NCBI GenBank assembly: GCA_019058315.1
Contig: JAHPZH010000001.1
Span: 1,105,432-1,169,431 of the forward strand
Source: Candidatus Helarchaeota archaeon
GTDB lineage: Archaea > Asgardarchaeota > Lokiarchaeia > Helarchaeales > RDOG01
DNA: 64,000 nt
Direction: 5' to 3'
Positions 10,544 through 20,518 of this stretch are shown here, in pieces. A program made the translations under genes and the position numbers. A model generated the notes under the pieces. The model made no database searches. It worked only from the letters and a program-made list of their open reading frames with translations, and was not told the origin of the DNA. Each line of letters starts with the position of its first letter. The stretch's first letter is position 1.

Positions 10544-11545
10544 TTGGAAAAAATAATTAAATATTTTCAAGATAAAGGATTTAAAATTGAAGATAAATTT
10601 CTAAAACATCTTGAAAGTGGGGCAGATATTACCGAAATAGATGAATATAAACATGATTTTGGCATATTTCCTCCACATCATAACGAGAGTTGGTATTTTA
10701 ACTTCATTGATCGTCAGAATGATGTTTTTTTAGTATCAAGGTTATCTATGGAAATGCATGAAAAAAAATCAAGAATATTATTTATTTTAATTATTGATGG
10801 CAAGGCAAATGCATATTTTAAAGAGATCCCCCTCGATAGTATGCCTGATAATTGGGAATTTAATAAGAGATTAAAATATTATTGCATAAAGCCAATGAAG
10901 CAATGGAAAGTTAAATTTGAAGATAGAAAGTACAGTTTAGATGTAACCTATGATGCAATATATCCTGTTTTTAATTTTAATTCTGCTAGAGACCCGACTG
11001 TTTTACTTGAGGAATTTGGTTTAGAAATATTAGATGTCGCAGCTCAACAACATTATGAACAAGCTATGAAAGTTACAGGAACATTAACCATGAAGAAAAC
11101 TGGCGAAACAAGAAATATCAATTGTCATGGTCATCGTGATCACAGTTACGGAACTAGAGACTGGATTCACATTGATGGTTGGAATTGGGCTGCTGCAAAA
11201 TTCGAAAATAATGAGTATATCAGCCTTTCAAGAGTTGAAGTATTTGGAAAAATTTTCGTAAATGGATTTATTGCTACAAAAGAAGGTAATATTCCAATTA
11301 AAAATGTAGAAGTAACAACAAAGACGAGAGATGATGGAAAAACTCCTGTAGCTTCAGAATTTATTGTTACTGATATAAATGGAAAAAAAAGAACCATAAC
11401 CACAAATACTCTACATTCAATACACCTTCCGCTACCTTCTGAAAAAGGGACAACAGACATTTATGAACAAATAGCTATATTCAAATCTGATGGTAAAGAA
11501 GGTGACGGTATTTCTGAATATTTAATTTCTACTCGAGATACATAA
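10544..11545 (+). CDS. AttH/tocopherol-cyclase-like double beta-barrel protein
   Basis: HNESWYFNF, HYEQ..VTG and GHRDHSYGTRDW motifs. Start moved to the in-frame TTG at 10544, downstream of AGGAG, which removes the overlap with the crotonase. Confidence 0.65.
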   Translation: MEKIIKYFQDKGFKIEDKFLKHLESGADITEIDEYKHDFGIFPPHHNESWYFNFIDRQNDVFLVSRLSMEMHEKKSRILFILIIDGKANAYFKEIPLDSMPDNWEFNKRLKYYCIKPMKQWKVKFEDRKYSLDVTYDAIYPVFNFNSARDPTVLLEEFGLEILDVAAQQHYEQAMKVTGTLTMKKTGETRNINCHGHRDHSYGTRDWIHIDGWNWAAAKFENNEYISLSRVEVFGKIFVNGFIATKEGNIPIKNVEVTTKTRDDGKTPVASEFIVTDINGKKRTITTNTLHSIHLPLPSEKGTTDIYEQIAIFKSDGKEGDGISEYLISTRDT

Positions 11546-11613
11546 CATTTTTAATATTTTTTTAGTCCAACCAGGTATCTTTAAATGTTCTTAAAAAAAA
11601 AAGAAAAGAGTTA

Positions 11614-13329
11614 TTATCGTTCTCTTAGGTATATAAAAACAATTCCAGCTCCAACAGCAATCAAAATAAATATAAGTCCGAAGATTAGTCCCTCATTTGC
11701 TGGTTCTTTAGTCAATAATAATAATATGAATGATAAATCTTGTCCCTGTGTCTCGCCTTTTATTTTTTGTGCATAAAGATCATATGAGGTATAATCTCTC
11801 CTTTGATCGAACCATCCTATAATTGCTCCTCCAGATCCATCACAGCAAATGACTGGATACGAATTATCATTAACAGTATTACAGATATTAGATCCATTTT
11901 TATCATTTGTTGTGCCATTATTCCAGTATATAGTCCCATTTAAATCAATTTTTTGGACATATATACTATCATCTGAAGAATTATATCTATCATCATTCCA
12001 TGTAACAATTGCATATTTTGAATCATAACAACATACCATGGGATTTTCTTGGTTATCAACTTCATGGCATATCACAGTTCCATTTCTATCGCTTGGAGTA
12101 TTATTTCCCCAATAAGTAATTCCATTTAGATCAACTCTTTGGGCATAGATACCCCCAGAGCCTCTATAATCACCCCACACGATAATTGCACTCCCATCTC
12201 CAAAACAACACATATCTGGGTCAGCAATATTTGAAGCGTAATTGCGAATCACTGTTCCATTTTTATCACCAGGTGAACCATCACCCCAATAGATATTACC
12301 ATTCATATCAATACGTTGTGCAAAAATACCATCTCCAGGCAAGCCAGCTCTATCATCTTCCCAGGCGATTATTGCACCCAAATTTCTAGTACAACATATT
12401 AAAGGTTCAGATTGATCACCAGTTATATTGCATATAAACGTTCCATTATTATCACCTAGAGAACCATCTCCCCAAAATGTATTTCCATTTGTGTCGATAT
12501 GCTGTGCATAAATATCTGAGTCTGTTCCCAAAGATCTATCCTCAGACCAAGCTATTATTGCACCTCCAACCCCATCACAACACATTACTGGATTAGAACT
12601 ACTATCCGTAGTATTACAAATAACAGTGCCATTTCTATCACCCGCTGAGCCATTCCCCCAATAAATATTACCCAAAAAATCCAGTTTTTGTGCATAAATA
12701 TCAGCGTTTCCAGATCTATAATCTTGGTAGGCTATGATAACATAAGAAGAATAACAACAGATTAATGAATTATGTTCATTTAAACCTTGATTACCAAATG
12801 CATTACATATAACAATACCATTTTCTGTCCATAGGGGTTTACCATTTCTATCTATTCTTTGCGCATAAATATCAGCAGTTCCAGTTCTATCATCTTGCCA
12901 TACAATGATTGCGCCTCCGGCAGCGTCACAACAAATAGTTGAATATGATTGAGTTCCGGTTGCTTTACACACAGCAGTACCATTTGCACCCCATAATATA
13001 TTTCCACTTGCGCCTATTTTTTGTGCATAAATATCCCCACCATCATCTCGATTATCTTCCCAAACAAATATCGCACCTCCAGCTCCATCACAACAAACTT
13101 GAATATCTTGAACATCACTAGAATCATTATTACAAATAATTGTCCCATTAGCCTGCCATAATGTAACAGCCATTGCATCTGTTGAAATCTCTGAATTTTG
13201 ATATTCAATAGAAATCCAAGAAAATTGATTCAAATTGGGTAGAAAATTGGAGAGAATCACACTTGAAACAATGAACATTTGAACAAATATTAATAGTAAC
13301 ATTTTGTTTTTTTTCATTTTTACCATCAT
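11614..13329 (-). CDS. Secreted, C-terminally membrane-anchored repeat protein (predicted 8-bladed beta-propeller)
   Basis: N-terminal signal; 8 repeats W..NGTxIC...CCDGxGGAIIxWxDxR...DIYAQxID; C-terminal TM followed by RER. Confidence 0.85.
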   Translation of the reverse strand: MMVKMKKNKMLLLIFVQMFIVSSVILSNFLPNLNQFSWISIEYQNSEISTDAMAVTLWQANGTIICNNDSSDVQDIQVCCDGAGGAIFVWEDNRDDGGDIYAQKIGASGNILWGANGTAVCKATGTQSYSTICCDAAGGAIIVWQDDRTGTADIYAQRIDRNGKPLWTENGIVICNAFGNQGLNEHNSLICCYSSYVIIAYQDYRSGNADIYAQKLDFLGNIYWGNGSAGDRNGTVICNTTDSSSNPVMCCDGVGGAIIAWSEDRSLGTDSDIYAQHIDTNGNTFWGDGSLGDNNGTFICNITGDQSEPLICCTRNLGAIIAWEDDRAGLPGDGIFAQRIDMNGNIYWGDGSPGDKNGTVIRNYASNIADPDMCCFGDGSAIIVWGDYRGSGGIYAQRVDLNGITYWGNNTPSDRNGTVICHEVDNQENPMVCCYDSKYAIVTWNDDRYNSSDDSIYVQKIDLNGTIYWNNGTTNDKNGSNICNTVNDNSYPVICCDGSGGAIIGWFDQRRDYTSYDLYAQKIKGETQGQDLSFILLLLTKEPANEGLIFGLIFILIAVGAGIVFIYLRER

Positions 13330-13444
13330 TTCTTGAAAAGTATATTTTACATTTAATGGTTATTCAATATTTTTTTCTTAAATAAATTTTATTAAAAAAG
13401 CAAATAATAGCTAATGTACCCAAAAAATATATTCAAAGTGGTTA

Positions 13445-14383
13445 TTGATGGAAGAATTAAATAATAATATTCAGAAAATTAAGAGTCTTGAAGTTCAAGG
13501 TGCTACGAATGTAGCTAAATTTGGATTAAAATCGTTTAATCAATATGTTAAAACACTTGATATGACTTCAAGAGATGATTTTTTAACTAAAATTGAAGAG
13601 GCTAATTATTTTTTGCGAAATATTCGCCCTACAGAGCCATGTTTAAGGAATGGTCTTCAATGTATTATGACCAAGGCAAAAAAAATCCTTACTGACCAAG
13701 TTGATACATTGAAATATGCAATTGATAAAAATATTGAAATGTATCTCAATTTCTTATCTAATGCAAATGAAAAAATTGCTAAATATGGTGCTAGAAGAAT
13801 AGTAGATAATTCTACAATTCTAACACACTGTCATTCTTCCGCAGTAACTGAAATTTTGAAAAAGTCGCATAATGAAGGAAAGAAAATTAAGGTTATTGTG
13901 TCAGAAACCAGACCTTTATTTCAGGGTCGTATTACTGCTAAAGAGCTTTCGGACATAGGAATAGAGACAACAATGATTGTAGACTCTGCAATGCGGTGGA
14001 TTGTCCGTCATAAACCAATAGACCTAATTTTAATAGGGGCAGATTCTATAACCGTTGAGGGAACGGTCTTAAATAAAATTGGAAGCAAATTATTAGCTTT
14101 AGTAGCTGAAGAGAACAATATTCCTTTCTATGTTGCGGCCACCATGTTAAAATATAATCCAGAAAGTGCCTTTGGGGATTTAGAAATTATTGAAATGAGA
14201 AATGAAAAAGAAATTTGGGAAAATCCACCTTCGAATTTAAAAACATTAAAAATACTTAATCCTGCATTTGAAACTATATCTAGAGATTTAATTTCTGCTC
14301 TAATCACTGAAATTGGTGTATTTCCCCCAGTTTTAATATCTGAAAAATTTGAATATTACTATCCTTTTCTCATATACGAATAA
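13445..14383 (+). CDS. Ribose-1,5-bisphosphate isomerase (eIF2B alpha/beta/delta family)
   Basis: VQGA, RPTE, THCHS with catalytic-type Cys, ETRPLFQG, GADSI, NKIGS, NPAFE. Confidence 0.85.
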   Translation: MMEELNNNIQKIKSLEVQGATNVAKFGLKSFNQYVKTLDMTSRDDFLTKIEEANYFLRNIRPTEPCLRNGLQCIMTKAKKILTDQVDTLKYAIDKNIEMYLNFLSNANEKIAKYGARRIVDNSTILTHCHSSAVTEILKKSHNEGKKIKVIVSETRPLFQGRITAKELSDIGIETTMIVDSAMRWIVRHKPIDLILIGADSITVEGTVLNKIGSKLLALVAEENNIPFYVAATMLKYNPESAFGDLEIIEMRNEKEIWENPPSNLKTLKILNPAFETISRDLISALITEIGVFPPVLISEKFEYYYPFLIYE

Positions 14384-14441
14384 TTTTATTAAGTCAATAT
14401 AATTAGAAATTATAACTTTGATCTTTTTAGCTGTGATTTAA

Positions 14442-15509
14442 ATGGGTAAAATAAAGATTGCTCTTGCTGGTGTTGGAAATTGTGCATCAGCTTTAGTTCA
14501 AGGAATAGAATATTATAAACATAATGGAAACGCAAATTTAGGATTAATTCATCATACTTTTGCGGGTTATTTTCCAGCAGATATAGATGTAGTTGCAGCA
14601 TTTGATGTTTCCGCAGAAAAGGTAGGTAAAGATGTATCAAAAGCCATATTTGCAAAACCAAATAATACAATAAAAATTAGAGATATGGAAGATCTAGGAG
14701 TTAAAGTATTAAAAGGGGAATTACACGATGGAATCGGCGAATATTTAAAAGATTTGATAACGATTTCCGAAGAACCCCCTGTAGATGTCGCTAAGGTTTT
14801 AGAAGAATCTGGAGCAGAAATACTTATCAATATGGTTCCCTCAGGTGCTATTGAAGCTAGTAAGTATTATGCTGAACAAGCATTAAAAGCTAAATGTGCA
14901 TTTCTTAATGCTACACCACATGAAATAGCTAGTAATCTCGAGTGGGCTAAACACTTCAAAGATACAGGTATACCTGTTGCTGGTGACGACATAATGAATC
15001 AGATTGGATCCACAATCATCCATAAATCAATTCTTAAAATGTTAACAGATCGTGGAGTTTTAATTAAGGAATCCTATTGTTTAGATGTTGGAGGAGCAAT
15101 GGAAAGTTTGAATTCTCTAGAAAGGTCAAGAGCAATAAAAAGAAAATTTAAAACAAATGCAGTTAAAAGTCAGATTCCAAGTTTAAAAGAAGTTCCAATT
15201 GTTGCAGGTTCAACAGATTTTGTGGATTTTTTGGAAAATCGAAGAGACTCTTATTTTTGGATTTTAGCAAATTATTTTGGATTTGCACCAGTTAAAATAG
15301 ATATTACACTTTCAACTCTAGATGCTCCCAATTCATTTGCAATCATATTAGACGCGATTCGAGGAATTAAAGTAGCATTAGATAGAAAAGTCTCAGGGCC
15401 GCTTGAAAGTATTTCTGGGTTTTGTTTTAAAAAGCCTCCTAAAGAATGTACAATTCAAGAGGCTAAAGTCTGGATTAATGAATTTATTAGTGGAAAAAGA
15501 GAAATTTAA
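14442..15509 (+). CDS. ino1: myo-inositol-1-phosphate synthase (prokaryotic type)
   Basis: GVGNCASALVQGIEYY, AAFDV..KVGKD, GDDI..QIGST, DAPNS, FKKPP. Confidence 0.9.
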   Translation: MGKIKIALAGVGNCASALVQGIEYYKHNGNANLGLIHHTFAGYFPADIDVVAAFDVSAEKVGKDVSKAIFAKPNNTIKIRDMEDLGVKVLKGELHDGIGEYLKDLITISEEPPVDVAKVLEESGAEILINMVPSGAIEASKYYAEQALKAKCAFLNATPHEIASNLEWAKHFKDTGIPVAGDDIMNQIGSTIIHKSILKMLTDRGVLIKESYCLDVGGAMESLNSLERSRAIKRKFKTNAVKSQIPSLKEVPIVAGSTDFVDFLENRRDSYFWILANYFGFAPVKIDITLSTLDAPNSFAIILDAIRGIKVALDRKVSGPLESISGFCFKKPPKECTIQEAKVWINEFISGKREI

Positions 15510-15623
15510 TATCAACTATAAAAAATAGAATATTTTTCTGTAAATTAGATAAAATTTGAAATCAGATTGGGGAATAATTATGATAATTACAACTTTTTCT
15601 AGTTTTTTGGAGTTTAATTTGTT

Positions 15624-16013
15624 ATGTTATATACAATTCAAATATTATTAAAAGAAAAAGGAATCTTGTTGTTTGAAGAGAGATTTTCAAAAATAGATTA
15701 TAATTCAAAACTTTTTAGTGGATTGCTAACTGCAATTCAAGAATTTTGTATAGATATTAACATTGGAGAATGTAATACTTTTAGTTCGGACAAATTTAAA
15801 ATAATAACAACTGCAACAAGCAGAATCGTTATCGCAATAATAATAGCAAAAAGTGATCCTCACATCGAAGAATTTTGGGAGAGTTTATTGCTTGATATTG
15901 GAAGAAAGTTCGAAGAAACCTATGAAATTAGTAAGTTTCAAGGTAAAGTAAACGAGTATGATGGTTTCAACCAGATTTTACATGAAATTCTTACTGAGAG
16001 AGAAATTTTTTAG
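15624..16013 (+). CDS. Stand-alone longin-like domain protein
   Basis: 129 aa; beta-G-beta start (IQILLKEKGILLF), helix LFSGLLTAIQEF, terminal F..F...L pattern typical of Asgard longins. Confidence 0.7.
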   Translation: MLYTIQILLKEKGILLFEERFSKIDYNSKLFSGLLTAIQEFCIDINIGECNTFSSDKFKIITTATSRIVIAIIIAKSDPHIEEFWESLLLDIGRKFEETYEISKFQGKVNEYDGFNQILHEILTEREIF

Positions 16014-16057
16014 TTTCTATTTTTTATCAATATATTATTATTTTAGGTGGAGATAGA

Positions 16058-17056
16058 ATGAGATTACTACAATATGAAATTAAAACGAGATTAGGAGTTT
16101 TTAAGAGATTAGGAAATCAAATAAATGATAAAATAGTCGATTTAAATTTGGCATATGTAAAATACTTAGCTGAGGAAACAAATGAAAAACAAATTTATCC
16201 TCTTGCTAATTTAAGAATCCCTCCAGATATGGTTGGATTCTTAGATGGGGAAGAATCGTCATATGAAGCTGCAGCAAAGGCAAATAAATATATTTCTAAT
16301 TTTTTAAAACATGGTGAAAAAGTAATTGGTCCAAAACAAGAGCAGATTATCCTAAATCTTGATGAAGTTCATATAATTGAACCATTAAGCCCTAGATTGA
16401 TAATTGATTTTTTGACATTTGAAACTCATTATAAACAGGGACTTCACATGTTAACTGATTATTCACTCTGGAAGAAAACACCAATAGCGTATAAGAAAAA
16501 TCCCACAACAATTATTGGACCAACTGATGATGTAATATTTCCTTCTTTAATAACCAAATGGTTAGATTATGAAGTTGAATTTGCGACAATAATTGGAAAG
16601 AAAGGGAAGGATATTCCAGAAGATAAAGCATACGATTATGTGGCTGGGTATTCCGTTTTTAATGATTTTTCAGCAAGAGATATAGAACTTCCTGAAATTA
16701 TGCTTCGTTTAGGACCTTTTAAAAGTAAAGATTTTGATACTGCTGGTGCTATGGGGCCTTGTATTGTAACTTCTGATGAATTAACTGGTCACCCCAGTTT
16801 AGAAATGGAGTGTAGAGTAAATGGAGTAACTGTTCAAAAGGGTAATACAAAAGATATGATTTGGAAAGTTGCCCAATTAGTCTCTTACACATCTAAGGAT
16901 CAAACCATTTATCCAGGAACCGTAATCCTTAGTGGTAATCCTGGTAAAGTAAAAGGTATTATGAGGAAAGCAGAACGATTAAAAATTGATAATTTTGTAG
17001 AAACAGAGATTGAAAAAATTGGAATTCTAAGAAATAAAGTTGTATCTAAAAATTAA
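16058..17056 (+). CDS. Fumarylacetoacetate hydrolase family protein
   Basis: LDYEVEFATIIGK, GYSVFNDFSARD, KSKDFD, GPCIVT motifs. Confidence 0.92.
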   Translation: MRLLQYEIKTRLGVFKRLGNQINDKIVDLNLAYVKYLAEETNEKQIYPLANLRIPPDMVGFLDGEESSYEAAAKANKYISNFLKHGEKVIGPKQEQIILNLDEVHIIEPLSPRLIIDFLTFETHYKQGLHMLTDYSLWKKTPIAYKKNPTTIIGPTDDVIFPSLITKWLDYEVEFATIIGKKGKDIPEDKAYDYVAGYSVFNDFSARDIELPEIMLRLGPFKSKDFDTAGAMGPCIVTSDELTGHPSLEMECRVNGVTVQKGNTKDMIWKVAQLVSYTSKDQTIYPGTVILSGNPGKVKGIMRKAERLKIDNFVETEIEKIGILRNKVVSKN

Positions 17057-17095
17057 AAAAGTTAAAACTCATGTTATCTAAAAGATAAAATAAAG

Positions 17096-18412
17096 TTGAA
17101 TTTAATGGATATCGACTTCTCTAAATTTAAATTGGGAATACCTGTTAAAGAATTTTCACTTATTTCAATCTTTTCACTCATCTCAATTATATTTAATTTT
17201 GGAATATTTGAGCAAGACTCAACACAATATATTTATATGGCTCTTCATTTCATAAATCAACCACCATATGAATTTATCCTTTTTTTTCTCCATATCGCAA
17301 TGTTAACAACCTTTGTTAGATTAATTCGTCCACTAGTTCCATTTTTAGCGGGTTGGTTAAATAATATTTTTTATTTTGGAAATGTCCCTGCTTTCTCCTT
17401 TTGGACTGGACTTTGGCAATTACCATTTGGTATTATTAATGGGATTTTTAGTTTTTTAGCATCGCTTATATTATATAAATTAGTATTTCATTTAACTGAA
17501 GATTCTGAGAAATCGGTAATTGCCGTTATGTTGTTTAATTTTTGCGATATTATGTTCTTTAATTCAATGATATTAATAGAAGGAGGGACATTGTTTTTTT
17601 CAATTTTATTGGTTTATTTAATCATCTGTAAACCATATAACGATAATTATCTCAATAGTATTATTTTGGGTGCAGTAATTGGATTAGCTGGATTAACACG
17701 TGAAACGTTGTTATTAACTGGTGTTATTTTATTTCTTGGTTATTCGATCTATAAAATAAGGGATTTGCTGGACTTTTCTAACCTCAAGAAGTTCTTGCTA
17801 TCAGGCTCAATTGCAATTGCAATTTATGGTAGCTATGTCCTTATTTTAGGTCTCAACACTTATTTCTCTTGCTTATATGTCTTTTTTAATTTAAATTTAT
17901 CAAATCTAGTTTCTTTTTTTGTTCCTCAATCTATATTTTCGAAAATCCCGAGTGCATTAGTTGGTTTTGGAAAATCAATGATTAATCTTTTTAGATATCT
18001 GGTGATTTTTTTTATCTTGGGATTGATTCAAATATATATTTCCAAAAAATCCAAAGAAAGTAAGATTTTAATCACTATTTACTTAATTTCTTTCTTTTTA
18101 CCACTATTATTTTCTCCTTTTATAGTTGAACGTTTTCTCTTTCCATTTTATTTAGTTTCAACTTACATTTGTGTTGAAGGGATTTATAGTGTCGAAGAAA
18201 ATAAAGTTTGGACTTACTCTGTTGTCATTTCTATAGCTTTTTTAAATTCAATTTTTGTTATTTTTTTCTATCCTTATACATTTTTACAACAATTGACAAA
18301 TACAGGGATTAGAAATTTTCTATTTTTTTTGATTTTTATTTATATCGGAGTTACTTTGGCATTTCTTTTATATAATAGATTTTTTATTAAAAATGAGATA
18401 AATGATGTTTAA
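17096..18412 (+). CDS. Polytopic membrane protein, probable GT-C glycosyltransferase (ArnT/PMT-like)
   Basis: About 11-12 TMs; loop DSTQY..RPLVP after TM1; LIEG, LTRET and ERFLFP motifs. Confidence 0.6.
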   Translation: MNLMDIDFSKFKLGIPVKEFSLISIFSLISIIFNFGIFEQDSTQYIYMALHFINQPPYEFILFFLHIAMLTTFVRLIRPLVPFLAGWLNNIFYFGNVPAFSFWTGLWQLPFGIINGIFSFLASLILYKLVFHLTEDSEKSVIAVMLFNFCDIMFFNSMILIEGGTLFFSILLVYLIICKPYNDNYLNSIILGAVIGLAGLTRETLLLTGVILFLGYSIYKIRDLLDFSNLKKFLLSGSIAIAIYGSYVLILGLNTYFSCLYVFFNLNLSNLVSFFVPQSIFSKIPSALVGFGKSMINLFRYLVIFFILGLIQIYISKKSKESKILITIYLISFFLPLLFSPFIVERFLFPFYLVSTYICVEGIYSVEENKVWTYSVVISIAFLNSIFVIFFYPYTFLQQLTNTGIRNFLFFLIFIYIGVTLAFLLYNRFFIKNEINDV

Positions 18413-18565
18413 TAGAAAGTTATTCTATGAGAAAATGATAGATATTTTTTAGGTTATTAGAGATTAAATATATCTAAAATCAAACAAACCAAATTTGAAT
18501 ATCTTCCAGCTAATAATAGCCAGATTAAAATAAATTTTTTATGAAAATTAATGAAGTTATAAAAT

Positions 18566-19198
18566 ATGAATCCCTTATTCAAGAAGATCCAAACAAATTT
18601 AAAAGATTATAAAAAATTTTCACTAAAAGATAAGCGTTTAAGACATTCTGGTGTTTTATTATTATTATTTATGAAAAATAATGAACCTCATGGAATATTT
18701 ACAAAAAGAACTAGAAATTTAAAGAAACATAAAGGTGAAATTTCTTTACCAGGTGGAGGTATGGAGGAGGGAGATAAAAGTGTATTAGACACTGCATTTC
18801 GAGAAACCGAAGAAGAAATAGCTCTTAATCGCTCCAAAATTAACATATTGGGAGAATTAGATGATCTATTCACTATTTCAGGATATATTATAACACCTTT
18901 TGTGGGTTATTTCGAATATCCTTATAAATTTAAAATAAATCAAGATGAAGTTGAAGAACTTATTGAGGTTCCTCTATCAGTTTTTCAAAATACAAATAAT
19001 TTTCGCGAAGAAAATTGGGGTTATGGAGGGGATCAATATCCTGTATATTATTATGAATATAACTCAGGGAAAAAGACATACATCATATGGGGGGCAACAG
19101 GTTACATAATGAATGGTTTTATTGATTTAATTTTTAATTTCAATCCCTCAAAAACTAAATATAAGCGGCGTAACCCAGATCTTATGTTTAAAAGGTAA
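18566..19198 (+). CDS. Nudix CoA pyrophosphatase (NudL/NUDT7-like)
   Basis: TKRTRNLKKHKGEISLPGG...AFRETEEEI Nudix box with CoA motif; IWGATG. Confidence 0.9.
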   Translation: MNPLFKKIQTNLKDYKKFSLKDKRLRHSGVLLLLFMKNNEPHGIFTKRTRNLKKHKGEISLPGGGMEEGDKSVLDTAFRETEEEIALNRSKINILGELDDLFTISGYIITPFVGYFEYPYKFKINQDEVEELIEVPLSVFQNTNNFREENWGYGGDQYPVYYYEYNSGKKTYIIWGATGYIMNGFIDLIFNFNPSKTKYKRRNPDLMFKR

Positions 19199-19269
19199 AT
19201 AATAGAAATTAAATAGCAACTAGTAATAAGTTAAAAAGAATTTGCAATTAATTTTTTATTAGGGAAATT

Positions 19270-19809
19270 CTAAATTTCAGGTAGGTTCGCTTGTTTTTTT
19301 GCTTTATGGATAATTACATTTTCTGCAATTTTATGGAACATAGAATTCACGGTGTCTCCAGTTTTTGCTGAAGTCTCTAAAACGGGATATCCATCTTTAG
19401 TTTTTGAAAATGCGATAGCTTCATCTAATTCAACATTCCTATCTTCTACAAGGTCTTTTTTATTACCCACCATTAAATAAGGGACATCTCCAGATATTTT
19501 TTTAATATTAGTTATCCAATTTTCTAGATTTGCAAAGGTATTTCTTCTCGTTAAATCAAAAATAATGATAGCTCCATCAGCGCCTTGTAAATAGAGATGT
19601 AGCTTAGTTTGCCATTTATGTTGTCCTCCGATATCCCAAATTATGAGGCTAGTTTCCACATCTTTTACCATTATTTTCTTTGTTAAAAATTCAACTCCAA
19701 GCGTAGGTATGTAGTTTTCTTTAAATTTATTCTCAATATACCGAAGGATAAGAGAGGTTTTTCCAACTCCTGGGTCTCCTACGATGCAAATCTTAAAAGC
19801 TAGCTTCAT
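19270..19809 (-). CDS. Rab-like small GTPase
   Basis: G1 GDPGVGKT, G2/RabF1 YIPTLGVEF, G3 WDIGGQ, G4 NKKD, G5 ETSAK. Confidence 0.95.
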   Translation of the reverse strand: MKLAFKICIVGDPGVGKTSLILRYIENKFKENYIPTLGVEFLTKKIMVKDVETSLIIWDIGGQHKWQTKLHLYLQGADGAIIIFDLTRRNTFANLENWITNIKKISGDVPYLMVGNKKDLVEDRNVELDEAIAFSKTKDGYPVLETSAKTGDTVNSMFHKIAENVIIHKAKKQANLPEI

Positions 19810-19981
19810 TTAATTACAGATCCTTGCTATTTTTCCAAAAATGAATTATCCTAATTTAATATTTATCTAATCCTTAAATTTACCCGTTATAATCTAAAAT
19901 TATTGTTTACAAAATTATGTATATAGTAATGTATTAATAATTTAGCTATTATTATAATTTCGCTGAAAAAATGAATTTTTC

Positions 19982-20518
19982 CTATTGTCTTAATTTAGCT
20001 TTTTGTATTATAATTTTTTCAGCTATACTTTGAAACATTTCATTTACTGTTTCCCCAGTTTTTGCAGAAGTTTCAAGTAAATCATTAATACCCCTCTTTT
20101 TTAGTTTGGCAAGCGCTTGTTCATATATAACATTTCTGGATTCTTCTAAATCATTTTTATTTCCAATTATCATAAAAGGAATTTTTCCAGCATGTTTCTC
20201 TATTTGATTTATCCAGAAGTCTAGTTGATCAAATGTTCTTTGCCGAGTCGTATCATAAATAATTAAAATTCCATCAGCACCTCGTAGATAAAGGTGTAAC
20301 CTATCTTTCCAGACTTTATCCCCCCCAATATCCCAGATAATTAAATTAACTGGAATATTGCTTTTTCCAACTGCTACCTTTTTTGTTAAGAAGTCTACCC
20401 CTAACGTGGGGATGTAATTGTCTTGAAATTTATTTTCTATATAACGAATTATAAGTGATGTCTTGCCTACCGCAGGCTCGCCTACGATACATATTTTAAA
20501 AGATAATTTCAATGACAT
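19982..20518 (-). CDS. Rab-like small GTPase (tandem paralogue)
   Basis: G1 GEPAVGKT, YIPTLGVDF, G3 WDIGGD, G4 NKND, G5 ETSAK. Confidence 0.95.
   Translation of the reverse strand: MSLKLSFKICIVGEPAVGKTSLIIRYIENKFQDNYIPTLGVDFLTKKVAVGKSNIPVNLIIWDIGGDKVWKDRLHLYLRGADGILIIYDTTRQRTFDQLDFWINQIEKHAGKIPFMIIGNKNDLEESRNVIYEQALAKLKKRGINDLLETSAKTGETVNEMFQSIAEKIIIQKAKLRQ

Noticed and set aside
11750-13160. Periodic DNA similarity that might suggest a CRISPR or tandem array
   Set aside because: Explained by protein blade repeats in an open frame; no identical repeats with unique spacers.
13445-14383. Interpretation as eukaryote-like eIF2B regulatory subunit
   Set aside because: Retains the HCHS cysteine and GAD aspartate of the catalytic ribose-1,5-bisphosphate isomerase.
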